64,000 nt of DNA, taken from assembly GCF_037042905.1 (NCBI RefSeq), contig NC_087257.1:14632001-14696000 (forward strand). The letters run 5' to 3'. Numbering within the stretch: the stretch's first letter is position 1; every line of letters starts with the position of its first letter. The translations under genes and the position numbers were made by a program. Positions 13,937 to 26,724 of this stretch are shown piece after piece. A model generated the notes under the pieces. It was not told where the DNA came from. It saw only the letters and a program-made list of their open reading frames with translations, and ran no database searches. This DNA comes from Lytechinus pictus (lineage: Eukaryota).

Positions 13937-14334
13937 AGGTGGTTTCAAACCGCCTCGATAACAAGAATCCCTGTTATTATTCCTGCATTCACTCCGCCCC
14001 GAAACATACCCTTCAGGATACTGTAAGTTCCTGAAGTTACGAGCATGCGCAGTATGGTCTGATAAGCAAGCAAGGGACGAGATTCAAAATCGCTAGCTGA
14101 GCATCCACCCACAGCGCTCGCATCCAACTACATGCTGGGCAAAAAGTTTCTATAATTTGCTTTCAGTTTCACACTGCCAAAATACCTGCGACCTTGGAAA
14201 AATTCAAAGTTCTTGTAATTTGACAAGTACCTACATGTACTATTTAGTGGGTATTTTCTTTCGGAGATTACATGTAATTTCACACTGCCAAATTACCCGG
14301 AAGGGAAGAACTTTGAGGCGGTCTGAAACCACCT
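13937..14334. mobile_element. MITE
   Basis: TIRs AGGTGGTTTCAAACCGCCTC / GAGGCGGTCTGAAACCACCT. Confidence 0.75.
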
Positions 14335-16419
14335 TTTGGGATTTTGGACCTCTTTGATACAGTGTTCAGTACCTGATGGGGCTAATTTCAGAAGAGCTTG
14401 AAATCAAACGCAGCTCTTTATTTTCAACCTAACAGGTTGCGTACTGTATATTGGGGACTTGCGCTTGACTCTTTCTACATATGTACAAGGTTTTTATTTT
14501 TCCTTTCATATCGAGCTCAAATAATAGAAATGGTAATTTGCAGAAATATTTTGGAGGATAAGTCACCATCAGCCCAATTGTCTCTTTTATTCTATTTTTT
14601 CAATTCATTATTGGGGGGCGGGCTGATATGCAGTGTATTTGCTTGTCTCATTCATCCATTGTTTGTTTATTGCTTGTTTTGTCTATGCTGGCTCATGGGA
14701 TAATTTGCAGTATTAAAGCCAGTTACCCACGTACTGTAGTAACCACAAGTATTATACCAGAACACCATGTACGTGTAGCCTACAGTCTGTAGACCATGAC
14801 AGGTTCAACATTTGATTGCCAATTATAATGATGTATTTTCAATGTTGATGGAAGGTCATACAGTATGTAATGTTGTTCAGAACAAATGTAAGCGTATGTA
14901 AAATTAGGTACCGGTAAACATGTTTTCTTTCAAGGGAGAGAGTTTGTGAAGGGGAAACAAATTTTGTCATACTGAACACTGTAATTTTAATAAGCACCTT
15001 GTCTTGACAGTTCACCAATGCAATAAGCCTGTTCACGGTTGTAAACTGCGCACGAGCAGAAAAAGGTCATTGGAGACAACCATGAAGGTGGCTTTCAAAT
15101 TCACTGACATAGGCATTTGTGATTTGATGATTATTCATGTATTCCTTTCAAAATATTTATCACGTCCAAGCTGAAGATTAATAAATAGAGCCTTCATAAT
15201 CACTGGTATTTGACAGTAGCCTAAACAATAGTCAAATGTGCCAAAGGCAGACAATAAAACAGATTTCCAAACTTTATCCCTGATGTACATGTACTATTCT
15301 AGTCACCTGGTCTATACAATGCCTTTTGTTCTTAGAATTTGAATACTCTACCGGTAAAGCTTACGCAACATCTACATTTGAAAATGATAGTGCTTATCCT
15401 AATGAAAAATCACAAAGGTCATTTGAGAAAAGTTGATCATGAGCTAACCGTGAACTGGCTTATTGTCATCATTGTCATAATTTTCACCTAAAAATATCCT
15501 TTACATATCAACAATCAACATCATTACCATTGTACTTTGATAATATAATGCTAATTGAAATAATGATTATCATTTCAATAAGCATTTGATATATTTTGAA
15601 CATCATTATCAGATATTTAAAATCACTATTACATTAATTATCAATTTCATTCCCAATATTGATATTGTACAAGTATGTAATAATGTACTTGCAGGCCGTA
15701 CACATTGTACATATTGTATATTGTATTGTAAATCTGTCGTTTTTTACACACATTACATGTACAATATGTACTGTACGAAAAACGTTATTTTACACATTAT
15801 ACTGCAGATATCATGAGCATCTGATGCATTTGGCTGAATGATTATTATGGCTACCAACATCCAATCACTTGTGAATATAAATGCATAAGAGCACAACTGG
15901 CCTATTAAAATGAATCCAATTACGATGCCCATCCAACCCAAGGCAGTATGCAATGTGTATGGACACTCAAAAAGGAATTTTCATACCCACTTACTCACAG
16001 AAAATACAATCTACCTGGTACTTTGCTAGTGTGAAAGCATATTAATCATGATATTCTTGAAAGAAAATACTGGAAAGTAGATTTTTAAAAATATATTTTT
16101 TTAATACATGTACAAGATCTTTCACAGGAACTTCTGCATGGTCACAGTTAATATCCTTTCTTTTGATATTTTGATATATAACTGTATGCCACTTCTGAAT
16201 ATCATATAAAATGAGCCTTGAGAAGGCTGGATAAGAAAAATACAGGCATTCTTGTGATTGAGGGGGTATAAATGCACCGAAGAATGAAGGCTTAAATGAC
16301 TGTCGTGCTGTATTGAAGAGGTCATGTCTCAAATCTGTGGTAATGTGGAATGCGGTGTCTTCCTCCGGCTTAACGACCGGTCAGTTTAAGATACAGGGAG
16401 AGAGAGGGAGAATCACATA

Positions 16420-16973
16420 TACCCTTTTTACACAGGATTTTCTTAGCCCCGGACTATCGCTAACCCCGTACTATCCTTAACCCCGTACTATTTTTTTTCC
16501 TTTTCACACATGCCAAATTGTTATTTCTAACCCCGGATAAGGAATGCTTGCTTTTCACACACGAAACTCGCTAACCCCGGACTAGTGGTTTTTGTCGATC
16601 ATTCGTAGTACAAGTACTTCACTCGTACCTTTTTTACACACGCTAAAATTTCCTTAACCCCGTACTTTAGGTGGGGCCAAATTGCCATTTAGCCCCACCT
16701 ATAGTACGGGGTTAAGCTTAGCCCACTTTCGTTTTACACTAGCGATCTTAACCCCGTACTATCGCTCTTAGCACCGCAATTGCTGGGATAACCCTGCTTT
16801 TTTGCAGGGCCAAATAATCCCGTACTAAAGGTGGGGTTAGCCCACTTTGCAAAAATGCTGTGTAAAAAGAAAGTGGGCTAAGCTTAACCCCGTACTATAG
16901 GTGGGGCTAAATAGCAATTTAGCCCCACCTATAGTACGGGGTTAAGGAAATTTTAGCGTGTGTAAAAAGGGTA
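16420..16973. mobile_element. MITE with many subterminal TAACCCCGTACTA repeats
   Basis: TA-CCCTTTTTACACA...TGTGTAAAAAGGG-TA; the repeated motif occurs in both orientations. Confidence 0.8.
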
Positions 16974-17759
16974 ATAGAGAAGAAGAGAGTGAAGAGAGAC
17001 AGACAGTTCAGATGAATATAGATGCCATTGGAATGTGTACATGTAGAGAGGTGGACAGTTATTAATGAGGGGAAATACATGTATTATAAAGAAAAATATT
17101 TGAAATAATAATAAACAAGCAGAAGTCCCTGATGGTCCCATTTGCATGTACTGTACGTTGGGCAATTCCTTTATTATGGATTTCATAATTTTATTATACG
17201 GTAGTACATGTAGATGTACCTATACAGGTTACAGGTACATAATGTGCAGACAGTGCAGCTCCTCATTCCTCTCTCCCTTGACTAGCTGTGGCCTGGATGT
17301 TCTTTCAAGCAATCTAGCCCTGTATTATTTGTTCTCCTCATAATGTGCACTCCTACAGTAAATGTATGCGTTTGTGTTTATTATGTATGTACATGTACTG
17401 TAGGTTCAAACTTCATAATAAATTTTGGAGGCATAAAATTTATTGCACAAGTGATATACAATTAAATTTCTTTAAGAGCTACAGGGGACATGGGTATTAA
17501 AAGTGCATGATTACTTAACATTTTCTAATAATTTAGTCAGGGTTGTTTGGTAATGGAGGGCAGGGGCAAATCTCAATCCACCTGTATTTTGCGAAGGATA
17601 ATGTACTGTGTATTAAAAGTTACATGAGTTGGAACCAACTGGCATTTCTAAAGTGTAAAGACCGAGAGACAATGCACAGTAGTATATCAAAGGGTTCAGA
17701 GAGAGTTGAAAAGAGAAGATGGAATGCTGAGTGACCTGAGATGATACCATACAGTCATC

Positions 17760-18110
17760 ACTGTGTGATGTAGGCAATGACATTCAATTACAGCCAAGTT
17801 TTCATTAGCCCCCTCAAAGCCGATCTGCATACAAGTGTGGTGGGATACAACTACAAAGGCCATATTTTCATTAGCCCTTTAATCTACTGTGTGATGACAC
17901 TCATCTACATGTACAACAGCCACATTCTCATTAGCCCTTTCACAGCTTTAATACATACATGTGCATGTACATGTACAGTATACATGTGTATATCCTGTGA
18001 TGGCATTCAGTGGTCACTGGTCATATTTTCATTAGCCTTCTCAAAGCAAAAGCCTTTGATCTTGATCACCGTGTGATGACATTCAACTACAAATGTATTT
18101 TCACTAGCTA
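17760..18110. repeat. Degenerate ~60-100-bp minisatellite, 5 units
   Basis: Recurrent GTGTGATG...TTTTCATTAGCC. Confidence 0.6.
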
Positions 18111-19951
18111 TCTCAAGCACGTACAACGTAGCTACAATGTAGCTTTCAGCTTAAACTTGAATACACATGATGTACATCTACATGATGTTTCATTTGTTTT
18201 AATTCATTAGCACCAAATCTGTTTATTTTTCATTTATAATTTTTTATTTAATTATTAAATGGCATAACCTGGGAGTTGTGAACTTCCTGCTATAACACAT
18301 GGATTATAAAATACCGTCTTGATATCGGCTTCTACATACATGTATCCATTCCTGTGGACAGTGATTCAATACTTTTCTGAGATTGTCACGCTATACATGT
18401 ACTGTACATCATGGTTATATAAGAAAAAATAAGTGACAATTTAAGCATAACACTGAACTGAGCCATTCAATTTTTCATGGTACAACAGACCAATAATGTT
18501 GGTATGTGTTCAAATCTAGGGCACAGCTGCACCTATTATGTGCCAACCACTTGAGATTTTATTTCAAGGGAATGCACATTATGTGATGAACTTGCTTCAG
18601 GATTGGTGCAGGCAAAAAGGTGTTAGAACTCCATGACCCTCGGGACGTGTCCTCACAGGCAAGCTAGCGGTGGCACATTCATACAGAATAATACATGTAA
18701 AAGACCCTCTCTTCTGACAACTTGTATTTTCTCTGATTTCATTTGTAGTTGCAATACTCATCTTCCGATGTCATCCACATTTATGTACCGCAGTACAAGT
18801 AGTGCATGAAACTTGTGTCTCTTCACAAAACCTTAACTTTCCATCACAACAGATTTCTATGTTGCTCATTTTTAAGCATGATTAGGGTCAATGCAAATCT
18901 ACATGTATATGCATCATGCATGAAATCTGGTGGGTGTTTCATAAAAGCTGTTCGTATTAAAGCGATTTTACGAATGACTAGACTTTCTTGTTGTAAATGA
19001 TATACATATATATGTACATGTACATGTACAGTACATGTATATAGGGCTACACCAATTTCATTGATTGATGTTTATTTAGTGCCCAAGAAAGAATCGTCAG
19101 TCATTTGTAAAATCACTTGTAAGTTGTAACTTTATATGAATAGCTTTATGAAACACCTATTACATACTGTACATGTAGGTCCTACGAATCAATGAATGAC
19201 ATTTCCCTCTTAAAAGTGCAGATTTTTTTTCAGCCTTTGTCTTGCCTTCTTGTTTTTATAATACTGTTCTTGATATTTCAACTTTGATTTCCTCAATTTA
19301 AAATCGAATAATTTCTGACAACTACATTTAAGATTACACCAACAAACTAATCTAGGAAAGCAAGGCAAGCATAAATTTCTTTTAAAAAGGGTATTTTATT
19401 TCATGGCTACTGTACACTTCATTCAAGTCATGGAATGCTCTCATCTCTTCAGGGATACAGCTTAGGGATTGATCATGGCAGGGGCTGATGTACAGTATAA
19501 TGATCGATAGCATCGGTTGTAAAAATCAGCCTCACGATCAATCTCTAAATTTCATAATGCGGGTCCCTGACCCTGATTGGAGAGCTTTGTCTCTCGAAGC
19601 ATTTAATTATATCCAACTGATGAAACAAGGCGTTTGCTTGGGGGGTGGGGGCTCATAACCCTGCCACGCATCCACATCTACACGTAGAAAAGCATTGAAA
19701 ACCCTAGACCAAAAGCTTCAGTCTCTGTATTTTGGTTGTTCAGCTGAACTGCGTTGGCTCACTCACCAATACATAGACTGAAAAGTTGTTGGCCCGTACG
19801 GTACAGACAACGTATTAGCAGTAACGTTAGATTTAACATTCAGCGGAAACCCAATTTTCGGATCGTTTTTTTGTACATAAAATGTCACATTATAAAAATG
19901 AAATTACATCCGAGTTGACAAGAAAATAAATAGAATTCAGAAATATTGTAC

Positions 19952-20250
19952 CTTAGGCCGCAGTTACCGCTAATTCCTTTCAAATGATGATCAAAACAGT
20001 CATCTTCGATCCTTTCGTTGGTCAACGTAAGTTGCCATCTTGGATGAGGTCATCATCCTTACAGACGTATTTACCAGTGGCTATATATAGCGATTTGTGC
20101 TGCTGCTTTTCGCTTGTAGATGTGCGTGCGTTCGGAACTTGTCACTCGCATTGATTGGCCAGGATACCGAAAATTTAATCAGAAAGCCTTGATAAAAGCA
20201 CAACTCATTGAATGTAGAGGGTAGCAACACACGGCTGCCATTTTTTCCTC
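19952..20250 (-). promoter_or_regulatory. Candidate internal promoter and non-coding first exon within LRRFIP intron 1
   Basis: Locally CpG-rich. YY1-type motifs on the minus strand (CAAGATGGC ~20034-20042, AAAATGGCAGC ~20234-20244), a CCAAT box (ATTGG ~20154), and a donor CCTAAG|gtacaa at 19952/19951. Confidence 0.45.
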
Positions 20251-21295
20251 TCCAGCAGAAAGTAACAAAAATAAGGAATAAATCATCGGAAACGTATATT
20301 TTCGATATTTTCTGGGAATATGTATAGTATCAAAAGAAAAATTAGAGTCTAACGAAAATAGTGGGCCTTCTTTCAAGATAATATAATGTCATTTAGAATC
20401 TTTAAAAAAATACAAATCTAGACAAAACCCGGTCGCCCGAATTGGTGGACCCGATTACACATGCAGGCTCGCACTAACACACTACTGTCGGTGAATGGGG
20501 ATGATAGTAAAATGTCAGAAATTGTTAAATAAATCCCCAGAAACGACGGTTATTCCTGTCTATGAAAACCCAGACTCCAGAGACCCGGAAGTTGTTGACA
20601 ACTTTTGGAATAGGGGTTGCCTTTTGAAAAAGAAAAAAAAATCACTCGAAACCACCATTTTTTAGCTAGACAATATGTTTAATATATGGTAGGGGGTCCT
20701 AGAGCTGCGCGGGTCCTAAAGCTACGCACCACTCATCGCGCATGCAGTTTTTAATGGCAAATGCGCACTTTGTGTGTGGAATTGTGACTGCAGAGTGACG
20801 AACGATTCCTAATCAATTTTTTCTACAGAGGCTGCAGTAAATCCTTAAATGCAGAGAAAAACCACAACTGTTTGGAATTTTGGAGTTAGATTCGCTTTAA
20901 TTTCATATTATCCCATGATAATATGAACATATTTTAGAAATTGAGGCACAGGAAATACTATTTTTCTGCATGATAAATCGAGTGCGTAGCTTTAGGACCC
21001 CTTCTAACATCGGGCGGCGAATTCAAGAGGTGTTCGGAAAACACGGCGGGATTTTCGTTTAGAGAGTTTTGTGATATTTTTTCCTTCCTTAATGATCTTT
21101 AGAATATTTGCCATAAATTAGTGAAAGATAATTTGTTCAAATATTAAAATTGGCATAGTTATTGTTTGTAAACGAAGTGCGTAGCTTTAGGTCCCCCCAT
21201 CATAATTGTCAAACAAGTCAAAGTCTTCGCTAAAAAAAAATAAAAATTCTATTACTATTAGACCCTCTAAGGCTCTATTTGGATGTTTGGATTAA

Positions 21296-21703
21296 TACCC
21301 CTTTCATAAACCCAATTATGCGGCTAATAGCAGCATAATTTGGTCGTAAAATCAGAGGAGGACAAGTCAAGAGTTATCCGCATTATTCTGATGCTGCTAT
21401 TATCCGCATAATAGCGGCATCGGGACAAGATTTTGAGTTTATGAACGTATTTCCAAATAATGCGGATAATGCCATGGTGCGGTCACAAGGTCACCCTTTT
21501 CCAACACAACCGCATCGGAGGGGGCGTGTCCAGTTGTCATGACGATTATCCGCCTTTTTCAGGACGGGCTCTCGTACAAATAGGCCTAATGGAGTAATGG
21601 GGATAATTTTCGGAGTTTGTGAACGCAATTTTTATTGAATTATCCGCATTTCTCTTAGGCGGCTAATTGGAGGAAAGGTTTTATTGGGTTTATGAAAGGG
21701 GTA
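21296..21703. mobile_element. MITE with internal TTATCCGC repeats
   Basis: TIRs TACCCCCTTTCATAAACCCAAT / ATTGGGTTTATGAAAGGGGTA. Confidence 0.8.
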
Positions 21704-21891
21704 TTATTTGAGCGGGAATTCTGGGAATGGGCGTGGACGTTGACAGCTGGGAATCCGATTCCGAATTATCTGCAAGTGCAAAGACAAGTTTTAACTTAAA
21801 AAAAAAGTGTCCGACTTCTCTTCTGACAGGGTTAGGTAACCATGCAAGATGAATGAAGTTAAACTTAGAATCTAACGTTAGAGTTACTAAC

Positions 21892-22044
21892 CGCTTTGGC
21901 GATATCTGTGAGAGCTTCATCCTCCGCGGTGTAGGCCCGACTCTTTACCCTCCTCCTCCCCGCCGGACCTCCCGGCGATGGTCCGCTGTGATTCGGCCCG
22001 CCCCCGACGGTACTAACGTCCAATTCCACTGCGTCTACAGACAT
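21892..22044 (-). CDS. LRRFIP2: LRRFIP1/2-like (leucine-rich repeat flightless-interacting protein), first coding exon
   Basis: Hand translation from ATG at 22044 gives MSVDAVELDVSTVGGGPNHSGPSPGGPAGRRRVKSRAYTAEDEALTDIAKA|gttagt (phase 0). This matches the LRRFIP N-terminus GRKR...(S/T)AED(D/E)AL..IA.E. The region is GC/CpG-rich. The LRRFIP1 vs LRRFIP2 label is nominal. Confidence 0.9.
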
Positions 22045-25000
22045 GTTGTGTTTTTAGATCAAAGTAGGACATAAAATGGATCAAATACGGTGAAATTCAT
22101 CCATATATTTATGTTATGCCTCCAAGACTTTCTAAAAGTGTTTGGATATTTCCAAATGATGAATAGGACTGGTATTTCAAGGTGAGTTTTGTGTTACATT
22201 TCGTTGAGTTTGCGGCAATCCGGAGGCGCTCCGGAACAATTTCCGTGTTGCTTTCGCTGTGGTTCTGGCTGGAATAATCCTGTTCAGCTTCTGCAACTCC
22301 ACGGCAAAATAGTAATGATCCAGGCATCCAATATGTATTATATCACTCCATCTGTATATTGCTATTGCTCATCTCCAAATTGAAATATTTTGAGCGAAAA
22401 TATCAACGAGTGGCCTTGTTCCTCTCCTCTTTTTTTCCTTCGACGTCGAGTGCCACCATATTTCTGGGTTTCTGCTCACATCACCTTTAGAACCCGGATG
22501 TAGTTTGCGCCATCTGCGTTGACTGGAAGGATATCTTTGAAATGAAAATAAGAAATGCCAAGCCCATGGCCAGTCGGGTGCCATATAGGGTTATTTTTTG
22601 GAGGGGGGGGGGGGCTTCTGGGGGCTTGAGAAATGTTCGATGTTGGTTTATTCAATACAATGAAAAATACCTATTGTGGGTAGTCTTATACTGACCAAGC
22701 AGCTAGAGTCCCTACCCCTTGTTAAAAAAATGTTTTAATATAAGGGAGGGCTCAGCGACCGAGCGAGAAAAAAAAAATCACATTTTCAAAATGCTTGAGA
22801 ATTTTTCACCTATAACATGCACCGGGGCCTGATGGGTGTTATAGATGTAGACAAGGGCATTTTACGATAGGCGGGATAGGACTAGTTATCAGGTAATGGG
22901 TTTGTGTTGTTACTCTCTCCAGGCCTTTTTTTTTGTTAAGAGCGATATTTTCAAAATTTAGACACTTTGAGCGTGAAAGGCAGGATAAGGGATTTTAATT
23001 ACGAGGGAGTGCGGTGACCAGGGAGATAATGTTAACTTATTGAATAGGATACTAAACATGCATATAGGCTGCAAAAAAATGCCCCGTAAAATGCAAAAGT
23101 CTACACAATAGAGTAGGCTCCAATTGTAGAGAATAGAGTCAAATCATTCAACATGTTGCTTCTATCATGGGGCGGGGGGTAAGGGCGATCGCCGTGACAA
23201 TATTGGGGATGCGGCAAATATATCGATTTGCCCTGCCCAAAAAATTTAACAAAATCAAAATTTATTAATCCTTTGCAAAAATTTGTTTGGAAAAAAAAAA
23301 AATCTGAAAGCGCTAGAAAACCATCAAACTCGACATACTAATAACTATAAGCAAATAAAATTATATTTTTTGGGGTGTGCTTCACGTGCAAAATTCTACC
23401 TTATAATTTGGCGAAAATTGTGGACATTGTCTTTACACCCTCTCGCCATCAAAAACATGGATCGACAGTACATGATTAAACTTTTAAGTAAGTTTAGCTT
23501 TAGTCACATAGTATATTAGCGACAGAGCCATATTCTAAAAAAATATCCTAAAGAATGACAAAATTCGGAGCGCTTTTGATAAAACACGGACAGGTTTAGA
23601 GTTAACCTTCAATTTTATGGCAATTTAGTACTGCTATATTCGTGGTGGGTGAAATAGGCCCTATAATAACTTTTTTTAATTTGGAAAAAAAAGTTACAAG
23701 GCAATCTATTATATTGTAGGAGATCAATGACTTGATAATCGCACTTTGAGAGAGCACTAACGTATTCTGCAGTTAGATGTTATTTTGCGAGGGAGCGTTT
23801 AGCGACCGAGCGAGACAATTTTCGAATTTGAATAGATAAATAACTTTTAAAAAAATTGAGTTTAGAGCACTTGGCGACATGAATGGAATACTACATATAG
23901 GGCCTACATAATTATATGTTTATTTTTTTCTTTGTGGTCAATGCTTTTTTTTTTTTTTTTTTTTTTTTGGGGGGGGGGCTTCAGTCCCCAAACGCCCCCC
24001 CCTAAAACCGCTCCTAGGCCCCATTGCTTAAAAGTTACTATTATGGAAACTTTGACATCCAATGATAACTACCATGGTAACGATGTTCATGGGCGGAAAT
24101 CCCAGGGGGGACAGGGGGGACGTGTCCCCCGTACTCAAAATAGTAGGGGGGGACACAATATCAAATGTCCCCCCTACTATTTTTGGTCTTTTATGATGGT
24201 AAGGAATACATCATTCTAAATCGAAATAAGACATGTATTTTGGGACGAGATATGACCTTACTTTGGCGATGATAACCTTTTTTTTGCTTGTCAAATTTTC
24301 CCGCCCCTTGTCCCCATAGGCAGATCCAGGGGCCGAGGGGTCCGCCCCCCCCCCCCCTCTTGGCGGAGCAAAAAAAGAAAAAAAGGAAAGAAAGAAGGAA
24401 AAAAGGAGGGAAAAGAGAGGAGAAAAATTGGAGAAGGACGACGAGTGCATAAAATAAGATGAGGGGAAGTCTTGGAAAATAAAAATAATCTTTCGTGCCA
24501 CTATATAAAATTTTCGCTCGCGCTTCGCGCTAGCATTGCCTGTTAGGTGATTTACATATCTTGTTCAATATGGAGTTCGAATATCAAGTTTGGAAGTCAA
24601 TATACAAATATATTTCACCTCGGAAATCGAACTTTCATTATTTTGTGTAATTTACAAATTGGTTTTTAAAAAGTGCTCTGTAAAAATGTCAGTTTTATGG
24701 TCTGAATGTTAACATTTGCTGCTTGCGCTGCGCGCTCGCAAATTTTGATTTATCATGTACCTATTATTTTCGTGTATTCCATAAAGTTTTCAAAATATCC
24801 CTTTTCAGGTCTGATTGTCAAGACGTATCAGCTAGCGCGCTGCACGCTCGCATTTTGATTGGCGAGTTATATAAATGTTTCAATATTGATTATACAACAA
24901 ACTACTTAAAATCCCCTTTTCATGACAGTTTATCAAAAATTTTAGCTCGCGATTTGCGCTCGCATTAATGGTTAAAAATATATTAACTGATGCATCCTAT

Positions 25001-26647
25001 TCATAATCACAGAAGTGAAATGTCCAATTTTTATGCCATGATCAGATTTCGCGCCCTCATAAGGCATTAATAAATATGATATTAATTTAATAATTAAATT
25101 GTCCCTTTTGTTTCATCTCGCGCTTAGCAAGAGGAATATGAAGATAGTCATCATTTTCATATGATGACATGTCGTAAGAATGTCCCGGTCCTATGTCAAA
25201 ACTCAAAGTAATAATAATATCAGCTCTTTTTTATAAAGTGCGATCCATATCCACCTTACAATTTTTCTACAAAGGGCTTAAAATATAAAGCTGAAATTGA
25301 CTCTTTTTTCAGATCGGAATATCAAAGTGTTATGATTTTCATGATTAAAGTTGTATTTAGAATGCCTAGATTCTAGGTCTAAATGTGAAACACGCTCGCG
25401 CATGTTTATTCAGATACTCAATTTGTTCTCTAATTTAAATCATTATCCAGTTTCAGATCACAATATCAACATTTTTCTGCTCGCGCTTTGTGCTCGCATT
25501 ATTATTGTAGGAAGACCCCATATTACTCATCCTTTTGATGATTTACAAAACATGAACAGATTGGCCCATTTTTAGGTCTAAATCTCGAAAAAAAATTCTG
25601 CTCGCGCTTCGCGCACGCACCAAGCGTTAAATTATATAGCTATCCTGTTCACGATTACAAAAACTGATTAAAATTTTCCATTCTTTCTTTAGAAAGTTCA
25701 AAATTTTTCAGTTCGCGCTTCGCGCTCGCATTGGTAATGTTACATGTTCAGGGAGGAATCAAACTTGTGTCAAATAATTATAATGGGGAAAAGGGGTGAA
25801 TAGTTTTTATATTTCACTGAGTAAAATACAAATGAAAAAGTGAGTGGGTGTCGTTCCCTCATCCACATACTGATCATGATATGCTTAGAACAGTATTGCT
25901 GATTCGATGAATTAAGCAAAATTGTCATAACTTTATTGTTTTTGACGAAAATGTTATTATTATGCTTATTAAATTTTCCTCTCTTTATAAAAATCACTTA
26001 ATTTATTAGGTGGAAAACTCCCTTTAAAATAAAATTCCACCTTTCTGTTATTTTCCCTGTTGGTGACCAAAAATATGCATTTTTTCTTATTTACATAAAT
26101 TTAGTTTGTTTACTGCTGATAACTTTTTGAGACACCCATAATAGAGCAAACTTTCTCTTTAAGCGGTCGTTGAACCATGTTCAGAAAATATAAATCAGAA
26201 TGTGCTTTGATATTCTTTGTTAATCATTATTTGTTTATTGTGCCAGCATAAAAAAATAAGCAATCGCACAAATCTAGTTGCGCTTTCCGTGTAATGGTGT
26301 ATACCTGAGTTATTTCACACTATTAACTTGGTTTGTATTTTGTATTAATAATTGTTAAAATGTGTTTAAAAATGGCCCACAAACCTGTGTGATTGGAATG
26401 ACAATGATTTAATGCGTGTCAAAGAGAAAGTACCGAAAAAATTCGTTCCGAGAGTTTTGGAAGAAAAGGTGAACCCACCAATATGATATAATATTTCAGG
26501 AAATTTAAAGTTTCATCCTGATATTAACGGTCCCGATCAAAATGTATTTCCCTGAATGCTGAAAGAAATAAACTTAATTTTAAAAAACAATACCTAGTTA
26601 CAAATAATGCGTAAAGCATTTCCATTAAATACAGGATACAAAGACAT

Positions 26648-26724
26648 AGGTGTCGTGGACGGGGATCGAAGCCCGGACTTTCCATGTATAGCCAGGCGCC
26701 TTAGATCACTCGGCCACGGCACCT
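26648..26724 (-). pseudogene. tRNA-like pseudogene or SINE head
   Basis: GGTGCCGTGGCCGAGTGATCTAAGGCG...GGGCTTCGATCCCCGTCCACGACACC has A and B boxes and an acceptor-like stem, but no good anticodon arm. Confidence 0.55.

Noticed and set aside
26648-26724. Functional tRNA gene
   Set aside because: No convincing anticodon stem-loop and a degraded T-arm; more likely a SINE head or pseudogene.
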